A DNA stretch of 64,000 nucleotides from Paraspadella gotoi (Eukaryota; Animalia; Chaetognatha), in the NCBI GenBank assembly GCA_051294375.1, contig CM119266.1:26044851-26108850 (forward strand). The letters run 5' to 3'. The notes beneath the pieces were generated by a model. It did not search any database. It saw nothing but the letters and a program-made list of their open reading frames with translations, and was not told where the DNA came from. The position numbers were made by a program, and so were the translations under genes. Shown in pieces: positions 58,866 through 64,000 of the stretch. Position 1 is the stretch's first letter, and every line of letters starts with the position of its first letter.

Positions 58866-61800
58866 CCACTTTTCTTTCTTTGTAAAATGTAAACAATTGT
58901 ACTTCGTCGATTCTGTCGCGAAATCTTGGTAGTTTTAGCCGTGGCTCCGAAGGAAACGTTTCTCTTTTTTATTTTGTATTTGTTTACCTTATATATATTA
59001 CAATAGATATTACAAACCCCTGTGTTTTTATAGGCCAAGAGAATTCGTCAGAAACTATCTCGTAGCTAGAGTATAGTGACATGGTGGCATCGGCTTTGTT
59101 CGGTCCCACGTTTCTGTGCGCTACCGCTACTTAAGTGGGGTGGGGTGTGTGATATTTATATGTATATTTAAGTGATAATTATAAGTATTTAAGTGGGTAT
59201 TCCCCGGGTAAAGTCTCACATCTGCGCGTGTAGATGTTAAACTCGACCCTTCGCTTCACGTGAAGCGACGTCGACGTAGACGTTAATCCGTATGAAATAT
59301 AAATTAGGTTAGAGGATAAACCTGGTTTCCCCTGCATATCGACGAGAGTGCGCTATAAAAATTTCTCTTCGTCGCTATATATGACGTTTGTCGAATGTAG
59401 GGGCAGAAATATTTTTTTAAATAAATATTGACCTTTCGATTTTTTTATTATTTTTTTTTACACGTTTCCGGAGGGTCCGAAGGCCTCCAATATCAGTCTA
59501 ATTTTACTAACGTTGTCGCTATCCATCACTTCGAGAATAATTTCTTTTGTCGCCTGGAGATTTTGAAAGCTTGCGAATTTTCGCATTTTCTTCTTGCCGG
59601 CGATAGCAACGATTTTTGGATTATTTTGATTCAACTTGATTTGTGGACGGTCTTTCGCGGCGAACGTCTCTATTTTGTTATACGATCGAGATTTTGCCTC
59701 CATTTTCCGACGAAATAATGATTTCCTTTATTTTTTTTCCTAGAGTCTCTCTCTCACGATACGTCGCCTCCGCTTTTCGTAGAATTTCGACTCGTATTTT
59801 ACAAGTGAATTCTCTCTTGCCGGAGCCTCGACGTCAAAACCCGAACGACCGCGCGATGGCCGAAAATTCTGAATCTAACGCCTTTTCACGCTTAGTTTTT
59901 CTTTGCCGGAGCTTCATAGCGGCGATTTTCTCGTTTAAACGCGGGGTGGAAGAGCGTATCAATGGATGTAATTATTTTAAGGATCTAACAGTTTGAAGTT
60001 TCAGTTGAAACAAAGGCGAAAATGGTACGTCTCGATCGATGGAAGCATTTTATTTTTCGTTGGAAGTCATTTGACATACGCGGTTTCATAATGATACGAA
60101 TTCACTGTCTTATGGAATCTGTCTCTCTACGGTTGATGAGAGGATATCGACGCCAGTTTCAATCCTGCGACCTTCATCGTCGAACAAATTTTCCCGCGAA
60201 TCTGATATTTAAACTAATTTTCATTAGTCGAAATTTCGTTGAACGACCGTTTCAAACTGTCTTTCTCCGCGAAACTGAATTCTAAACAAAGAGTAAATAA
60301 ACAAATCTTTTCTAAATAAAATTCCGGAACACGGTCGTTTGGACTAATTTTCGACGCTTAACGCGACTCAATGAGATTCCATTGCACGCATCGAGCGTTC
60401 AGTCTATCTACGACGTATTTCTTGTTTAAAATTCCGATGGATGCATCGACGCTAGAAGTCGGAAAGATAAACAACTTACGTCATTCCGATGCACCGACGA
60501 CGGCTTTTAATGTTTCAGATCGACAATATCCGTTAAGATGTAACATGATTTCGTGATTCTATGAAAAGAAGCTCACGCTTTTCAAGTTTAAGAGACAAAT
60601 TAAGTAACATAAATTCGATCCCTGCAAGATGCTCAGACTCCTTTTTTCACGAGAACGGGGAATGAGATGGAATGGGATCTTTTGAAGACGACGACGACAA
60701 CGATCGTTCTTAATTTGGCGTTTATTTTGGGAAACAACAAAACAAGAAAAAAAGGAAAGAACTAAACTAAACAAAACAAAAAAAAGTAAACCTTTCGTCT
60801 TCCCATTCTATTTCAAATCTCAATATGGATTCTCAACTCTCAATTCTCGACTCTCAACCCTCAACTCTTCACGAGGCCGGAGCCTTTCGCTCTCACACAC
60901 GTTTCTCACGGGCTTGCAATTTGACTTCTTACTACGTCTGGAAAAAGTCGGCAACCGACCCGGCCGACGAGCCGCCGGGCTTCGCCGACCACCAAGATTC
61001 GGTTCCCAGGCTCACGAACGGAACCGGTGCGGCAGCATCAGCAGCAGCAGTGAGGATCGACGACTTTGCTGTGCATGGATCACAGCAGCAGTCAGCGTCC
61101 TTGGTCTCTTTCTCTTCACCTGAACGGAAGAAAGCAGCATCGGCAACAGCTGCGGCTGACGAGCAACGGTCAAAGGAAAAGTTACGTCTCTCTTTCTGGA
61201 TCGAAAGCAGCAGCAGCAGCTGCAGTCTGAAAGACAGCTGGAAAGAAATATGACGACGACTTCTTTCCGCCGATCGTGAGAAAGCGGCGAGCGTGGCGGG
61301 CGCCGCAACGCCGACCCCTTTTCCCTGGGACCAGGTGCAGAGTGCCCAAAACGATTTTATGAACTTTAAAGTTTAAATGACTTTAAAAGAATCGATGACA
61401 TGTCATTAAAATTCGAATCATATCATAAAGATATGTCACTAGTAGGGCTGTTTTAAAAATGCGCAACTTTAATGATTTATTTTTTTAAATTTTGACACCC
61501 GGTATTGTAAGGTGAAACGTATGTAAGTGATGTTACATTTTGAAGGATATAATATTGTAATAGGTAATAGCAATATGGCCTAGAAAGAATGATAGTTTTG
61601 AGTTAGACAATTTTGACAAATTATTTTAAGCTAAGCTTTACCAGTTGTGAGTAAGGTTTAGAACATGCGATTTTAACATTATTATATTTTAAAAACATTT
61701 TATATATAATTAATTTATTCTATATTAATAGATGTGGTTAACTTATAATTAGTTAATTTTGTGACTAGTTTGTTTAAAAATTAAAAAAAAATTTTTGGAA

Positions 61801-64000
61801 AATATTTTATGAATATCTTTGGGATATTGTTTAAAAATAAAAATAATTTTTGAACTATGTAATTATATATTAGTATATAATTATGATATAAAATTTTTAA
61901 TCTTGACAAGATTATTTGTCTATTATACTATCTATAAGTTTATTACTGGTCTTTAAGAAAAAATGTTAAAATGTAAATTTTAATCTATATTTTGTATATT
62001 GGAGTTAATTATATGATTATATAAAAGTAAATTTTTTTATTCTAGAATATAAATTTTTTTTGAAAAGATCAAATCTTCATTACCTATGCTTTAATATTTT
62101 AATGCGTTGGTGTTTAATATTAAAAGAAATAATAGTAATATTAATTAAATATATAATGGACAATTGAATTATATATATATATACAGAAGAAGTAATCAAA
62201 TTTTGATCGGCCTTAATGAATACAGGGTGAAATTATAAAAACGGTTAGTGAATAAAATGTGTTTTATTCGAATTATTATATAAAATTATGTTATATAATA
62301 TATTATATTAATGTATGTGTTATGGTTTGGAAATATGGAAAAAGAAAAATGTCAATACGTAATGTGTGTCTTTTCTTTGTAAAGAAAATCTTTATTAAGG
62401 GTAAACTGGCATCATTAATTTGCTATGAATTTTATTGAATTCATTCAACTTATTTATGAACTCTTTCTGTTTTCATTAAATGATTGGTTATAAATAGGTG
62501 ATCTATCATACCTTTTAATGTTGTTGGAAGGTAATTTTATATTCTAAAATTTTAAGATAAAATGTGATTTTGGAAGATGGGTGAAAGGTGAAGGTTTAAC
62601 TAATAAACAAAAACAATTATATCTTAAAATTTTATTATTTAAACTGTTAAATTAAAATAAGATAGGGCAACTAATTTAGAGTGTTACCTTGTATATACAT
62701 AGTTGTTCTGTTACATTAAAACATCTCAATGCTTAACTATGTATGATAAATAACTTTAATATGTTAAGTATGTAAATGAATAATTTTAGTATTAAAATAT
62801 ATAATAAATGATAAAATGTTAGAATATCCTAATCCAATATGTGATATATACATAGGATTATACTATGAATTGGTACAACCAATATGACATCATAATTCAC
62901 TTTGCGAATTTACTAAACACAAGAGATGCAACCTGTTGTTTCTAAAACTCTCCTTTTCTCAAAGTCGGAATTTGCTGATCTTATACCACCCAGGACATAA
63001 TTAGTTTAAAGTCATTGTTGGGAAAAATTGTGTAAAAATTAACTAATAAGATAATATGACGGATGCTCCAGAAAAGAAGCTCTGTCTGATGAAAAGAGAA
63101 TGAACTTGTTACAGCACTTCTCTAAGATTTTGATATACCAGTCCGTTTTATTCCTTCGTTTTTGAATGCTGCGGATCAGCTAACAGGTAGTTGCCCAGAG
63201 ATGAGGTGCTAGGATGCACCCACTGCTGGGAATGTTTTTGTAACTAGTCATATATAAATCTCATGGTGGGATTGTTCCACTTTCAAGTCTTTTCTCTATG
63301 ACAAGAAAAAGTCATGAATAGGTACTTTGAGGCGGGTAAAAAGGGCCCCTTGGCAAAACTTAAAAATGTAGATATAAGTTTGGAAAATTCAGAATCTATT
63401 TTGGGGGTGTCTACGACTGAGGCTACCACTGGGCGAGTGTCCAGGGCGGACCAACCCTCTGGGTTGTTATGCCGAATCTAACCTACCCGGTGGTGATGTT
63501 AAAATCGGGCGTCTAGCTAGACGTAAAACTCGACTCAAAATGAAAGGTCCAAATCAACGCTCAAAATGCGTCTCTTATACCTGTGTGTTATATGACCGCA
63601 CAGGTGATTCTCACTGCACTTGTGTTGTGATTTACTGCATTTGCATCTTTATAAAAATCCTCCCAATCAAATTTCTTCTAATGCGCATGATGATAAAGAA
63701 AAAGCGCTCATTTCGTCTTCTGAGGAGATCCTCAGCGGGACAAAGGTTTTAGAGATTACAGATGAATATAAGGATATCCAGTTCCTGAACGCCGGACCCG
63801 TTTCTTACAAAGATAAAAGTGTTACAAGCAGAATCCCCTTCCATTGTTAAGTGGAAGTTATGGATCGCTGATCCGTCTACTACGCCAGACAAGAATGAAT
63901 GTCTGTTACTAGATTCGTTAGACTTACTGTGCTAAGGCATATTTCTCTTTAAGATGAATGAACAAGGTATAATTTACAGAATTTTCGTGAGAGAAAGGTA

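Noticed and set aside
58860-58890. Selenocysteine or readthrough at the terminal TGA of the Cys-rich gene
   Set aside because: No internal TGA in any modelled exon, no recognisable SECIS downstream, and a TAA follows within a few codons.
62900-63900. Degenerate LINE or transposase remnant (FKSFLYDK-like fragment; ORF 63620-63850)
   Set aside because: Only a few residues of resemblance and no extended RT or DDE motifs visible.

Overview
Eukaryotic (most likely invertebrate metazoan) genomic DNA. It is AT-rich, dense in (GA/CT)n microsatellites, visibly not CpG-depleted, and has five N-gaps. The species cannot be determined from this window. Two genes are well supported. (1) The first three coding exons of a CDK4/6-type cyclin-dependent kinase lie on the minus strand (20479-20413, 17852-17681, 2051-1910); the rest of the gene lies beyond position 1. 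(2) A hand-built, phase-consistent 26-exon plus-strand gene (48977-58865, about 1863 aa) encodes a very large Cys/Pro/acid-rich protein that I do not recognise, with an N-terminus resembling a mitochondrial targeting/anchor segment. The 15.6-kb CDK intron 2 holds a ~6.6-kb fold-back (arms ~3.1 kb, differing mainly by small indels, probably a long-read artefact) containing exon-like segments of another gene, plus an inverted copy of sequence found upstream of CDK exon 1. Repeats include a multi-hairpin tRNA-Gly-like SINE-type element (3 copies), DINE-1/HINE-like Helentron derivatives, a MITE with telomere-like repeats and a small fold-back MITE. A low-confidence chain of minus-strand exons lies at ~28.9-36.1 kb. 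Most ORFs in the supplied track are microsatellite translations.
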